Assembly (NCBI GenBank): GCA_963770935.1 | Contig: CAVYRJ010000016.1 | Span: 32,001-96,000 of the forward strand | DNA: 64,000 nt | Origin: Candidatus Bathyarchaeota archaeon | GTDB taxonomy: Archaea; Thermoproteota; Bathyarchaeia; Bathyarchaeales; Bathycorpusculaceae | Direction of reading: 5' to 3' | Shown here: positions 1-11,400 of the stretch, piece by piece | Layout: each line of letters opens with the position of its first letter | Numbering within the stretch: the first letter of the stretch is position 1 | Made by a program: the position numbers and the translations under genes | Notes under the pieces: generated by a model | The model's database searches: none | Told to the model about the DNA's origin: nothing | What the model saw: only the letters and a program-made list of their open reading frames with translations

Positions 1-492
1 AATTGCATCTATCAATGCAGCATCAACCCCTGCATCCTTAAGTGCAATTGCCATTTCCTGCTTGATTATGCCCGTATGAACAAAGACGGTTAAGCCAAGC
101 TCCTGCTTAAACCTCTCAAGCACAGGCACAAAGCTATCCAGAGGCACAGAACCATCAGGCAAGCATCCCCCGCTGACGAGGCACCCTTTAGCGCCATTCT
201 GCTTTAGCTTCAAGCCCAACTCAAACAGCTCTTGGGGCGAGAGCGCTGGATGCATGGTTTCAAGCACTTTGCCTTCGCAATGTTTACACTTCAAGGCGCA
301 GGCGATACCTGTGACGGAGATAGTTGGGAAGTCGTTTCTTTGAGAGCAATAGTGTTTGGTTCTGTAGTAGGTGAAGCTTGGGGCGTAAAAGCGGATTTCT
401 TTGCCTCTCGGCTTGAATGTGCCTGTTTCCAGTTGCGATAGAAGCTCATTTTCGCTTAAATTCCAAATCGTTTCAGGGTTGAGTTGTGCCAT
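1..492 (-). CDS. Radical SAM protein (biotin synthase-like), 3' end runs off window
   Basis: Not in ORF track; ATG at 492 on minus strand; translation contains SVTGIACALKCKHCEGKVL (CxxxCxxC) and GCLVSGGC. Confidence 0.85.
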   Translation of the reverse strand, partial: MAQLNPETIWNLSENELLSQLETGTFKPRGKEIRFYAPSFTYYRTKHYCSQRNDFPTISVTGIACALKCKHCEGKVLETMHPALSPQELFELGLKLKQNGAKGCLVSGGCLPDGSVPLDSFVPVLERFKQELGLTVFVHTGIIKQEMAIALKDAGVDAALIDAI

Positions 493-585
493 GTTTTTCA
501 ATCGTAAGAATCAATGGCTGCCTTAATAGTTTAGCGCAAATCCCATTTTGCTGATTTAAATAATTTGGATAGACGCCACCGAGCA

Positions 586-3381
586 TTAGGTGTGGTCGTG
601 TTTGCTTAAGTCCTCAGGTGTTTTGCTAAACCTTCGGATGAAGAATTTGCGGATTTCCTCAGCAAAAATAACTATCAGAGCCAACAAAATCAGGAATACC
701 CAGTCAGTCACGCCTAATGCAGTAGTTCCAAAGATTTTTTGCATCAAGGGCACGTAGACGAGGAACGCCAGAATCGAAAGTTGCGCTACTATGCCTACGA
801 TTATCCATTTGTTGGTTTTTAGACTTGTTTTGAAGATTGATTGTTTGCTGGTTCTGCATGCTAAGACGTTTCCTGCTTGAGCGACAACTATGCCTCCGAA
901 CATCATTGTGACGCCTTTCAAGTAAATTGGGTTAGCAGTTATTCCAGACACGCCAAATTGCCAGTCAGTCGGCACGGGCATTCCAATATGCCACCCGCCT
1001 GCAGCCCAAGCGCTCAGACACCCAATCATGGCACCAGCAGCAATGATTACCCCGATAAAGACTGACCGCAAAAGAACTCTACGCGTAAAGAGCCTTTCTT
1101 TTATGCTTCTTGGGGGCTCCTGCATGATTCCTGCTTCTGGTAGCTCACGACTCAAAGCTAACGAGGGAATAACGTCAATTACAAGGTCGATGGCTAAGAC
1201 TTGAACCACTAGCAGCGGCAGTGGAATTCCTAAAGCTGCGTAAAGCAAGAAGGGAATTAACTCTGCCCAGTTGTGGGAGAACACATAAACGATGAACTTG
1301 CGAATGTTCTCATAGATAGCTCTGCCAGATTCAACCGCCTTCACGATAGAAGCGAAGCTATCGTTAAGCAAGACAATGTCTGCGGCTTCACGCGCCACAT
1401 CCGTTCCCGAAGCACCCATGGCAACTCCTATGTCTGCTTCTTTAAGCGATGGTGCATCATTTGCTCCATCGCCTGTTACAGCAACGATTTCGCCGCTCTT
1501 TTTAAGAACTTTGACTATTCGCAGTTTCTGTTCAGGGGAAACACGCGCGAAAATCACGTTGCCTTTTTTAACTTCATCAACAATGGCTTTGTCGCTTATT
1601 TCTTCAAGGTCAATTCCTCTAATTACTTGGCAGCATTCTTTCTCTACTATGCCAACTTCCTGAGCTATAACTTGAGCCGTTGGACCATAATCGCCAGTAA
1701 TAATAACTGTTTTAATTCCTGCTTGTTTTGCTTCTAAAACCGCATCTTTTACCTCTGTTCTAGGAGGATCACGCATTCCTGCTAAACCCACGAAAACGAG
1801 ATTTTTCTCCACTTCATCCCCCTTTTTGTATTCGTTTTTGGGCATTTTCCTGTAGGCAGCTGCTATGACGCGTAAGCCTTCGTTGGCGAACTCATGAATT
1901 CTTGTTTCTATCCACTCCAAGTTTTCAGGGGTTAAATCTTCAACCTTGCCTTCTACAAGCACTTTGTTGCAAAGATCAAGGATATTTCTGGGGGCGCCCT
2001 TGGTGTAGATAAAAACATCACCGTTTAAAGAATGAACCGTACTCATGAGTTTGCGTTCAAAACTAAACGGTAAAATGTCGATGGTAGGTTTTTCAACAAT
2101 CAATTCTTCGATATTTTGACCATACTTCAACGCTGCAACAAGCAAAGCCCCGTCGGTGGGATCTCCGATCACGCTCCAGTTTCGGTTTCGGTCGGATGGG
2201 GGATCGATTTTAGAGCCGTTGCAGAGTGCAGCGATTTCTAGAAGTTTGTCGAGTGAGTTTGTTTCGCCCTCTTTTAGAGGTTGACCATTTATGGTGAAGT
2301 CACCGACTGGCATGTAGCCTAAACCTGAGACTTCGATCACACGGTCTTTTACCCAGAGTTTGTTAACGGTCATTTCGCCTTTTGTGATTGTGCCTGTTTT
2401 ATCGGTGCAGATTACTGTAACGCTCCCCAAAGTTTGCACAGCTGACAACCGTTTAACCACAACATTCTGCTTAACCATCTTCAGCACGTTGATAGCTAAG
2501 GCGCTGGAAACTGTAACCTGCAAACCTTCAGGGACACAGCACACCATGACTCCTATCATGAAAAGGATGCTTGTGGCAAGGGGAACATGCAAGAATAGAA
2601 AACTAGCAATAAAGAAAATTGTACCTACAATCATAGCAATAATAAAATCGTACTTAGCTGTTAAGCCGATTTCTTTTTGAAGTGGGCTTTCCTCTTCCTT
2701 AATTGTTTGTGTTAAACTTGCAATTCTGCCAAACTGAGTATCCATACCTGTTGAATAAACAACCGCTCTACCTTGACCTTTAGCAACGCTGGTGCTCATA
2801 AAAACAAGGTTCGGCGAATACATGTATGCTTTCTCAACAACTTTGGCTGGTTCAGCAACACGAGGTTGAGGTTCAGATTCACCGGTTAAAGGTACATTGT
2901 TGGTCCATAAATCAAAAACTTCAATCAAACGGGCATCTGCAGGAACACGGTCACCTTCTTCCAAAAGCACAACGTCTCCAGGAACAATTTCCCTGACAGA
3001 GACTTTCTTTAATTCGCCATCCCGCATGACTTTTGCGAATTCAGGCATCCAGTTCTTGAGGGTTTCCATGGCTTTTTCTGCACGAGATTCTTGAAAGATA
3101 CTGACGAAAATGTTGACGAAAACGACTGCAAGGATGATTAGCGCAAGTTGAGGACTGCCGCTGATATACGATAAGATAGCTGCGACAAGCAGTAGAATGC
3201 CAAATAAGTCTTTAAGATTACGTATAAACTTGTTTATGAATGGAATTTGCCTTTTCTCTGAAAGCCGATTGTACCCATATTTTTTTAGGCGAAGTTTAGC
3301 TTCCTCGCTTGTTAACCCATTCTCTGATGTGTTTAGTTCATCGAAAACCTTGTTAGTCGGCAAAGAAGCAGCTTTTTCCAT
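586..3381 (-). CDS. Cation-transporting P-type ATPase (type II)
   Basis: TGES, PEGL, DKTGT phosphorylation motif, KGAP, TGD, GDGANDAP; ATG at 3381 preferred over the upstream track start at 3402. Confidence 0.95.
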   Translation of the reverse strand: MEKAASLPTNKVFDELNTSENGLTSEEAKLRLKKYGYNRLSEKRQIPFINKFIRNLKDLFGILLLVAAILSYISGSPQLALIILAVVFVNIFVSIFQESRAEKAMETLKNWMPEFAKVMRDGELKKVSVREIVPGDVVLLEEGDRVPADARLIEVFDLWTNNVPLTGESEPQPRVAEPAKVVEKAYMYSPNLVFMSTSVAKGQGRAVVYSTGMDTQFGRIASLTQTIKEEESPLQKEIGLTAKYDFIIAMIVGTIFFIASFLFLHVPLATSILFMIGVMVCCVPEGLQVTVSSALAINVLKMVKQNVVVKRLSAVQTLGSVTVICTDKTGTITKGEMTVNKLWVKDRVIEVSGLGYMPVGDFTINGQPLKEGETNSLDKLLEIAALCNGSKIDPPSDRNRNWSVIGDPTDGALLVAALKYGQNIEELIVEKPTIDILPFSFERKLMSTVHSLNGDVFIYTKGAPRNILDLCNKVLVEGKVEDLTPENLEWIETRIHEFANEGLRVIAAAYRKMPKNEYKKGDEVEKNLVFVGLAGMRDPPRTEVKDAVLEAKQAGIKTVIITGDYGPTAQVIAQEVGIVEKECCQVIRGIDLEEISDKAIVDEVKKGNVIFARVSPEQKLRIVKVLKKSGEIVAVTGDGANDAPSLKEADIGVAMGASGTDVAREAADIVLLNDSFASIVKAVESGRAIYENIRKFIVYVFSHNWAELIPFLLYAALGIPLPLLVVQVLAIDLVIDVIPSLALSRELPEAGIMQEPPRSIKERLFTRRVLLRSVFIGVIIAAGAMIGCLSAWAAGGWHIGMPVPTDWQFGVSGITANPIYLKGVTMMFGGIVVAQAGNVLACRTSKQSIFKTSLKTNKWIIVGIVAQLSILAFLVYVPLMQKIFGTTALGVTDWVFLILLALIVIFAEEIRKFFIRRFSKTPEDLSKHDHT

Positions 3382-4028
3382 ATTATTCCGCCAAAACCTC
3401 AACTAAAGTTAGTCAGTAACAACCCCGACAATAAGTGAAGATTATCAGTGCTAAAGACTCTATGAACAATGACTCATTTCCTTTAGCTGAAACCACATGA
3501 AGGTGCATTTATATCCTCAGCATTTAAACTACATTGCGTCAATTTTGATAGTTTAATTTTGGTCTATTGTTAAATGTTGCTTTTAAACTAATCGCCAACA
3601 AAGCTATCTTTAACGTGAAAGAAATCAATTGTAACGATGAATTATATGAAAGAGCTTTAAAGTACATTTAATTTTATTCTCCTTTAGCTCCGTTTCGTTT
3701 TGCTAAATAGAAAAATAGAGAGGATTTATCCCTTTTTGCGAATTAGGCTTAACCAACTTGCAAAGTCTTATTTAACCGCTAACTAGCGGGTTTGGTAGCC
3801 CAATTGGCAATAATTTCCAGATTTATCTGAGAAAAAAGCCCTGTAAAGTTGCTTGAATTACCTTTTTTCGGCTCAACTATTTTTAAGAAACATGCCATAA
3901 AGTTAATAGGCTACAAACTCAACTTCCATGTAGCTTACCAATTTCATGAGAGAGTAAATAATGATTCAAATAATTAAAAAACAAGTCTTTCAAGTAATAA
4001 ATTCAATTAAAATGGAGATTGCATAATT

Positions 4029-6245
4029 ATGGCGCGTTATAGGCAAACTGATGAAATTGTAAAACTAATGGAAACCCCGATATTCATACGCAACACCAGC
4101 ATTATCGCTCATGTTGACCACGGAAAAACCACACTTTCAGACAGCCTGCTTGCAGCAGCAGGCATCATCAGCACCCAAACTGCAGGACAGAAACTGTTCC
4201 TTGACTCATGGGACCTTGAGCAAAAACGTCAAATGACCGTTTTCGCCTCAAACGTCAGCTTAGTCCACACTTACCAAGAAAAAGATTACTTAATCAACCT
4301 AATCGACACCCCCGGGCACATCGACTTTTCAGGCGCAGTAACCAGAAGCCTGCGAGCAGTTGACGGCGCACTCGTAGTCGTCGACGCAGTTGAAGGACCC
4401 ATGACTCAGACAGAAACCGTTTTAATGCAGGCTCTGAGAGAACGCGTAAAACCAATATTATTCATCAACAAAGTTGACCGATTAATAAAAGAAATCAAAC
4501 TAACACCAGCGGAGATACAAAGGAAATTTGCCAAGATTCTTCTAAGAGTCAACAACCTAATTGAGAAGTATGCACCTGCCGAGCACAAGAAAGATTGGCA
4601 AGTCACCGTTGAAGATGGTCGCGTTGCTTTTGGTTCAGCCCTTCACAAGTGGGGTTTGAACATTGACCACATGAAAATGAAGAAAATATCTTTCCAAGAT
4701 ATCATTGACGCTTATTCTGGTGACCCAATAGAAGTCGGCAGAAAAGTCGATGAACTAAGCAAAAGAGCACCCCTGCCTGAACCAGTCCTAGACATGTTTG
4801 TAAAACATCTTCCAAACCCATATGATGCACAGCCTTATAGGCAGCCTCAAATTTGGCCAGGAGACGTTGACAGCCCAACTGGTCAGGGAATGGCTAAAGT
4901 CGATCCTAAAGCGCCATTGCTTATGTGTATCTCCACAATTGAAGTGGACCCACATAGCGGAACAGTTGCAATCGGCAGAATCTTTAGCGGTTCAATCGAG
5001 AGAGGCAAAACAGTTCAGCTTGTAAGCAGCAGCCAGAAAGGCACTATTCAACAGGTATTCATGAGTATGGCAACTGACAGAGTTCTCATCGACCGAGTAC
5101 CAGCAGGCAACATCGGGGCCATCTCAGGATTACCATCTATCCACGTAGGAGAAACCATAGCTCAGGAAGGCGCCGAAGTCCACTCGTTTGAAGGTTTACG
5201 TTACGTTTCAGACCCAGTTGTAACTGTCGCTGTTGAACCAGAAGACGTCAAAGACCTACCATTATTTGACAAAGTCATGCACAAACTTACAACTGAAGAC
5301 CCTAATTTGCACTTCATTATGAACAAGGAAAGCGGTGAATTCCTCCTTTCAGGTATGGGTGAGCTTCACCTTGAAATCACCGCTTACCGAATGCAGGAAG
5401 CAGGCTTAAAAGTTAAACTTAGCAAGCCAATAGTAATCTACAGAGAAACCATAAGTCACGACTATAGAGGCCCAGCAATCATGGGTAAAAGCCCCAACAA
5501 ACACAACAAACTCTGGATAACGATCGACAGACTATCTGACGAAGTAATTGAAGCAATAAAGTCTGACAAAATCAGTGACATGCAAAGCAGAGACGAGCGA
5601 ACCAAAATCTTGAAGTCACTTGGTTGGGCACCAGACGAAGCTAAAGGCGCCGTTGCAGTTGAAGAAAACTGTATACTCTGCAACCGCATACGTGGACGCC
5701 AGTACGTGGAAGAAATCATCGACCACATTAAAACTGGTTTCCGCGAAGCCGTCCACACTTCACCACTCGCTAAAGAACCAGCTTACGGCTTAAAAATTAA
5801 CCTTGAAGACATAACGCTACATGAAGACCCAGTTCACAGAGGTCCCGCTCAAGCCATACCCATGACCTGGAGACCAATCTACTGCGCCATACTCCTAAGT
5901 GACCCCAAACTGCTTGAGCCACTCATGAGCTTCGAATGCAAAGTTCCAAGCGAATTCGTCAGTTCAGTCATCACACTTCTAAACAAACGCCGAGGCAAAA
6001 TCCTCGACATGCCATCCGAAGAAGATATGATTACCGTGAAAGCTGAAATGCCAGTTTCCGAAAGCTTCGGCATCGCCGATGAACTCCGCAGCAGCACACA
6101 AGGCAGAGCATTCTGGGCAACCCAGTTCAGCCGTTGGGCACCAGTTCCAGAGCAGATGCAAGCTGAAACAATAAAGAAGATCCGTGAACGCAGAGGACTA
6201 CCACCAGTTCCGCCAAAACCAGAAGAATACTTCGAAAAAGAATAA
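4029..6245 (+). CDS. fusA: Archaeal elongation factor 2 family GTPase (possibly the aEF-2 paralog)
   Basis: AHVDHGKTT, DTPGH, NKVD, GMGELHL, HEDPVHRGPAQ; switch I reads RQMT rather than RGIT. Confidence 0.92.
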   Translation: MARYRQTDEIVKLMETPIFIRNTSIIAHVDHGKTTLSDSLLAAAGIISTQTAGQKLFLDSWDLEQKRQMTVFASNVSLVHTYQEKDYLINLIDTPGHIDFSGAVTRSLRAVDGALVVVDAVEGPMTQTETVLMQALRERVKPILFINKVDRLIKEIKLTPAEIQRKFAKILLRVNNLIEKYAPAEHKKDWQVTVEDGRVAFGSALHKWGLNIDHMKMKKISFQDIIDAYSGDPIEVGRKVDELSKRAPLPEPVLDMFVKHLPNPYDAQPYRQPQIWPGDVDSPTGQGMAKVDPKAPLLMCISTIEVDPHSGTVAIGRIFSGSIERGKTVQLVSSSQKGTIQQVFMSMATDRVLIDRVPAGNIGAISGLPSIHVGETIAQEGAEVHSFEGLRYVSDPVVTVAVEPEDVKDLPLFDKVMHKLTTEDPNLHFIMNKESGEFLLSGMGELHLEITAYRMQEAGLKVKLSKPIVIYRETISHDYRGPAIMGKSPNKHNKLWITIDRLSDEVIEAIKSDKISDMQSRDERTKILKSLGWAPDEAKGAVAVEENCILCNRIRGRQYVEEIIDHIKTGFREAVHTSPLAKEPAYGLKINLEDITLHEDPVHRGPAQAIPMTWRPIYCAILLSDPKLLEPLMSFECKVPSEFVSSVITLLNKRRGKILDMPSEEDMITVKAEMPVSESFGIADELRSSTQGRAFWATQFSRWAPVPEQMQAETIKKIRERRGLPPVPPKPEEYFEKE

Positions 6246-6280
6246 TCTTCTTTTCTTTCATTTTTATTCTTAGTTTATTT
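6246..6280 (+). terminator. T-rich archaeal terminator-like tract
   Basis: Oligo-T runs immediately after the EF-2 stop codon. Confidence 0.45.
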
Positions 6281-6356
6281 TAAAAAAAGTTTTGATTTTC
6301 ATTTTAGAAAGTTTGTTTAGGGTAATGCTTTAATGCAAAACCCAAGTTAAGGTTTA

Positions 6357-6950
6357 GTGACGCTTATGATAGTTGGAATTTGCGGTAGTCCAAGAGAACA
6401 AGCAACCGACTTTGTTCTAAAAGAAGCCCTGAAAATGCTCGATGCAAAAGGGTTTGAAACAAGGTTTTGGACGGTAAGAGCCAAACGTTTAGGTTTTTGT
6501 ATGCACTGCGATTTCTGCCTAAAAAACAAGGAATGTGCCTTCAAAGACGACATGCAGGAACTCTATACCCTGCTTAAAGACGCAAAAGGCATAATTTTTG
6601 CCTCACCAGTCTACAACGGCGGAGTAAGCGCCCAAACCAAAACTGTAATGGATCGAATGCGCGCGGTATTTGCTGCGGATAAAAACTTTTTCAAAGGCAA
6701 AATTGGAATGGGAATTGCACTAGGTGGCGACAGAATCGGTGGACATGAAGCTGCGTTGCTGCAAATCCACACCTTTTTCATCCTAAACGGCATGATTCCT
6801 GTGAGCGGTGGCTTTTTTGGCGCAAATTTGGGCGCAACATTTTGGACTAAAGACACATTAGAAGGCGCCAAGCTGGATGAGGAAGGTTTTAGGAGTCTTA
6901 AGAAAACTACAAAGCGCTTCGCTGAGTACATCGAGCTTTATAAAAAGTAG
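6357..6950 (+). CDS. Iron-sulfur flavoprotein / NADPH-dependent FMN reductase family
   Basis: GSPR, CMHCDFCx5C cluster motif, ASPVYNGGVSAQTK. Confidence 0.9.
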   Translation: MTLMIVGICGSPREQATDFVLKEALKMLDAKGFETRFWTVRAKRLGFCMHCDFCLKNKECAFKDDMQELYTLLKDAKGIIFASPVYNGGVSAQTKTVMDRMRAVFAADKNFFKGKIGMGIALGGDRIGGHEAALLQIHTFFILNGMIPVSGGFFGANLGATFWTKDTLEGAKLDEEGFRSLKKTTKRFAEYIELYKK

Positions 6951-6958
6951 GGTTTGTA

Positions 6959-7543
6959 ATGGCTGAAGTTAAAGTTAAAAAAACAAAAGTTGCTTGGGGA
7001 ATCACAGGCGCTGGGGACAAAATCGCAGAAATCATCCAAACTATGAAAGATTTAAAGCTGCAGGGTGAGGGCATGGTGGAAATTGATGTTTTTCTCTCCA
7101 AAGCAGCAGAAACCATGCTTAAATTCTACCGATTAGACGAGGAGTTAAAGAATAGTTTTGCAAAGGTAACGGTAGAGTCGAATTCGAATTCGCCTTTCCT
7201 TGCTGGTATGATGCAGAGCCACAAATATGAGTTTTTGCTAATTTTTCCTGCATCGTCTAATACAGTTGCTAAAATTGTAAACGGCATCGGAGACACTTTG
7301 CTCACTAATTCTGCGATTATGAGCCTTAAGGCTTTCGTGCCTGTTTGGGTTATGCCGGTGGACTACAAAGAAAGCGTTATCTCGACTAAGCTTCCTAATG
7401 GCGAAGAGATGAAGATCCGCGTCCGCAAAGAAGAAGCCGAGCAAGTACGCAAACTGGAAGTTACCGAGGATGTACATGTTTTCGAAAATCCAGCCAAAGT
7501 ACATGAGGCTTTTTTTGCGTGGCTAAAAAAGGTTAAGAAATAA
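6959..7543 (+). CDS. afpA: Archaeoflavoprotein AfpA (HFCD flavoprotein family)
   Basis: AWGITGAG, PASSNTVAKIVNGIGDTL, PVD; adjacent to Isf-type flavoprotein. Confidence 0.85.
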   Translation: MAEVKVKKTKVAWGITGAGDKIAEIIQTMKDLKLQGEGMVEIDVFLSKAAETMLKFYRLDEELKNSFAKVTVESNSNSPFLAGMMQSHKYEFLLIFPASSNTVAKIVNGIGDTLLTNSAIMSLKAFVPVWVMPVDYKESVISTKLPNGEEMKIRVRKEEAEQVRKLEVTEDVHVFENPAKVHEAFFAWLKKVKK

Positions 7544-7827
7544 ATTCTCGCGTTTGAAAAGCTGATTGTGTTGGACAGTTTTAAAGGACAGAGATTAACC
7601 CTTAAGCTGGTAATGGACTTCTTGCATCTTTCATGCATGTTGAATATGCACCGGTCAGATAGCCTATACTCTTGCTAAAACAAGAATCCATGGAAAAGAA
7701 CAGTGAAATCTTACGGAAGCGGTTTGAAGGCAGTTTGCGGGCAAATTAGCAGCGATCTTTGTCAAACCCTTACAGTTGCCTTAATGAAGTTTAAGGTGGT
7801 AAAATCAATATCCGCTGTTCATAAAGA

Positions 7828-7871
7828 TTATATCTCACAAGTGATGTCTTGAGCGATATCGTTAGTGATAT
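7828..7871 (+). promoter_or_regulatory. TATA-like box plus two overlapping ATRTC-N6-GATAT inverted repeats (putative PadR operator)
   Basis: TTATAT at 7828-7833; ATGTCTTGAGCGATAT 7844-7859 and ATATCGTTAGTGATAT 7856-7871 directly before ATG 7876. Confidence 0.55.
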
Positions 7872-7875
7872 TGCC

Positions 7876-8436
7876 ATGCTATCTGAAAGATCATTGAAAC
7901 GAACAGGAGGAGTCCCAAGAGGTCTTCTAAAATTTCTGGTTTTGAAATACCTAGTGGAGAAGCCTATGTCAGGCGCAGAGATTGTAGAAACAATAGAGCG
8001 GGAAACGAACGGTAAATGGAAACCAAGTTCAGGATCAATCTATCCACTTCTGGGTTGGTTTCAAGACAAAGGATTAGCTGGCGAGGTCGTTATCGTTAAT
8101 AGTGGAATGAAACGGTATTCTCTTACAGACAAGGGAAAAGAATTTTTCAAAGAACAAGTAAGGGTTGGACAAAAGTTCCTAGAAAAAATGGAGTGGCTTG
8201 CACCACTACTAATTGGAGGGTTCGACTTTGGCACAGACCGCGAAAACTTGCTTTGCGCCAAAGAATCAGCGAAAAGAGTTCTAGAAACATTCATAGAATT
8301 GGACGCCAAACGAGACAATTTGACTAAACAAAATATCGAAGAAATAGCTCAAATTCTGGATTATTCTAACTCGCAACTTAAAAAAATTGTCGAAAAAATC
8401 GATGAGAAAAAAACAGTCAAAGAAAACACAAAATAA
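7876..8436 (+). CDS. PadR family transcriptional regulator
   Basis: RGLLKFLVL..PMSGAEI..WKPSSGSIYPLL..YSLTDKG winged-helix pattern. Confidence 0.9.
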   Translation: MLSERSLKRTGGVPRGLLKFLVLKYLVEKPMSGAEIVETIERETNGKWKPSSGSIYPLLGWFQDKGLAGEVVIVNSGMKRYSLTDKGKEFFKEQVRVGQKFLEKMEWLAPLLIGGFDFGTDRENLLCAKESAKRVLETFIELDAKRDNLTKQNIEEIAQILDYSNSQLKKIVEKIDEKKTVKENTK

Positions 8437-8449
8437 AATTGGTGTTTAA

Positions 8450-11400
8450 ATGGGATTAAAATCTAGTTTTATGATTGCATGGCGATCTTTATCCAGAAGA
8501 AAAAGCAAAAACCTCAGTGCAATTCTTGCTGTAACTCTAGGTGTAACCTTACTGGTAGGAATCCAGATCACTACGGCTACCCTAGATAACGCTTTTCTTG
8601 CAAGTCTTTCTCAAAGTCAAGGCGAAGTAGACGTCCAAATCTCAAACGCAACCCTGGGCGGATATCTCAAAATTGAAGATCAAGCCTTGATATCTGATCT
8701 TGCTCCTGAAGCATTCGGAATCATGCCAGAACTTACAGCCCAAATTCCCGCGTTAGTAGAAAGCCATTTCGAACCGAAGATGAGTGCTGCTGGAGTACCT
8801 GTAAATTACCCTGAGGTATTTGGCATTTTCTATGATTGGAAAACAGGAAACAAACTGGACCTCAATGGCCTTCTAGATAGCAACTCAAGCATCTTATTAT
8901 CAAGCAATCAAGCCGAAAAATTAGGAATCGATAAAGATACATCGTTACCTGTTAAATTAACCACCGAGTTCACAAATCTAACTAAAACGCTCATACCCCC
9001 AACTGTTCCATTAGTTAATTGGACAATAAACGCAAACATAACAACTGCAAACTACATCCTAAACAGCACCATAACCAACCTATCGTTAGAAGTGCAACCT
9101 ATTAATTTTCAAGGCATCGCAATGACATATACCACTGAATGCCCAAATCTGAATCTATCTAATTATTCCTATGTTAACATAACAGCCACAGGCTCACCAA
9201 ACACGGCGGTAATATTCGGCTTTCTTTTAGACGATGGCACTACAATGACTGTAGCGAACCTGACGGACCCATCAACCCTCAACACCCTATCCTATGACCT
9301 AACACCCTACACAAACAGAACCCTAAGCGGCACAAGCTTTCTAACAGCCATGAGCCTGAATGGAACCAACGCAAAACTCGACATAACCGAGATAGCCTTT
9401 GAAACATCCAACCAAACCGACTCCCAGCGCCTTTCCCTCGCGAAATATACCTCTGAGATATCAAGAGTAGACCTACAAGTAGTAGGAATATATGATTCTA
9501 GCCGCCCCGGGATAGGTTCACAATTTTCGGGAGCAGTGTTTAGACTTGAATACCTTCAGGACTGGCTTAGCCTAAAAGACCAAAACCAACAGACAGACAT
9601 TGTCAGCGCTTTCTCAATCGCCTACAAAGGAGACCATTTTGTTAAAGAAATGAATGAAGACTACCTGCAGGCCATTGTAGACCATCTAAATGCAACAATC
9701 CCCAGAGATACAGATCCTGTCACCGGTGAACCAATCGATATCTACCAGATCAACTCTGCGCGACTTAACTTCTTTGATCTTGCCTCATTTTTCATCACCC
9801 TAATGAGCACAATGCTAACCGCGTTAGGCTTTCTTATAATGCTAACAGGTGTGCTTCTAATTACCAACATACAGCTCATGAGTGTAGAGGATAGAGAATT
9901 CCAAACTGGAGTAATGCGAGCCGTAGGTGAAAATCGCAGAGGAATTTTCTATTCCATAATGATTGAAAACCTATTTCAAGGAGTAATCGGAGGCCTCCTA
10001 GGGCTCTTAGGGGGATTGGCTTTCGGACAAGCCGTAGCAGTATATCTAGTGGGTTTATTTGGAACAGGTCAACTTAGCGTCCAACCAGTCATTTCTGAGA
10101 CAACAATCATCCTATCAGTTACAATCGGTGTAGTCCTTAGCATCGTTACAGGGATTTTTCCAGCCCTAAGAGCCTCACAAGTGAAAATAGTCGAGGCTCT
10201 GCGAGGAATACAAGTCAAGTTCAAGTCCAAATCAAGCAGAAACTTGGTAGCCCTAGGTATCCTGATGACAGTTCTGGGCACCTTTGTTCTGCTATACAAC
10301 GGCTCATTTGACAAAGAAACTCAAGTCATCTGGAGCAGCCAAGGATGGGACAGCTTAGGAGAATGGAGAAACCTTCTGATAGGATTTGGCTTTCTAACAG
10401 GCGGCTTAGGTTTCATTCTATCACGCTTCATCGACCGCGTCAAAGCCTTCAATATTGCAGCCATCACGCTTTGGGCGTTCCCGTCAATCCTATTCGTCTA
10501 CGCCATGGGCAACTGGGTAAAAGGAATCACAGGTTTATCCATTGAAATTTTGATTTTAGGTATCGTTGAAATAATAATCGGCTCTCTCCTATTTGTCGCT
10601 CTCAACCTACCGATCCTGATGCGGGGACTTCGAACAATACTAATTAAAATTCGGGGCGCAAAAGGCATCGGGCAATTCTCGCCCGCACTCATATCCTCAC
10701 ACATCACTCGCTCAACTCTAACCTTTGCCATATTCGCAATCATCCTGACCTTAAACGTTCTAGTCGCAGCGCTTATCCCAACAAGTTTGGGAACTGCAAC
10801 ACAGATCGAAAATGATTCCAACGGGGTTGACTTCACGGTCTTTCTAAGCAAACCAGAGGCAATCATTCCAGGGACAAACTACACCCAAGAACTCTACAAC
10901 ATCGATGACCGAATAACCGATGTAATAGGCTTCAAGACTTTTAAGCCTGGTACGGATTTCACAAAGTTCGTTGCCCTAGAAGACCCGCAGTCTGACGAGT
11001 TTGACTATAAAACGGATTTCCTTCCGATCGGGATAGGCGAATTTAAGCCAGAACAAATTCGAGGCAATGCCTTAACCTACTTAGATAGTAATTGGCGCTA
11101 TCCTGCCTTTATCTCAACTTTCCCAGATGGGGTTAGAGAGTCTATGATACCTGATATGTCAGATAGCTTAGCGCAGGAATTGTCCAAAAAGTCATGGGAC
11201 ACACTCTTTAACCCTCAGTATGAAATGGCCGCATACAACGTCTCATCGGATTTGCTCTCAGTATTCTCAGGTGAAGGAGACATCTCCAACTTGGATTTAG
11301 GATCAGGAGGCGGCTTTGGCGGAAATGGCGAAGATCCTCTAGCAGACGTCCAACCGCTAACAGATAACACAACCAGCATAATTAAGCACCCCATAGTCTT

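Noticed and set aside
232-441. 69-aa plus-strand ORF
   Set aside because: Antisense to the radical SAM gene
3435-3490. Second box C/D sRNA (GTGAAGA...CTGA)
   Set aside because: Internal boxes are poor, the guide has a mismatch to the candidate 16S site and there is no clear terminal stem; not supportable without a search
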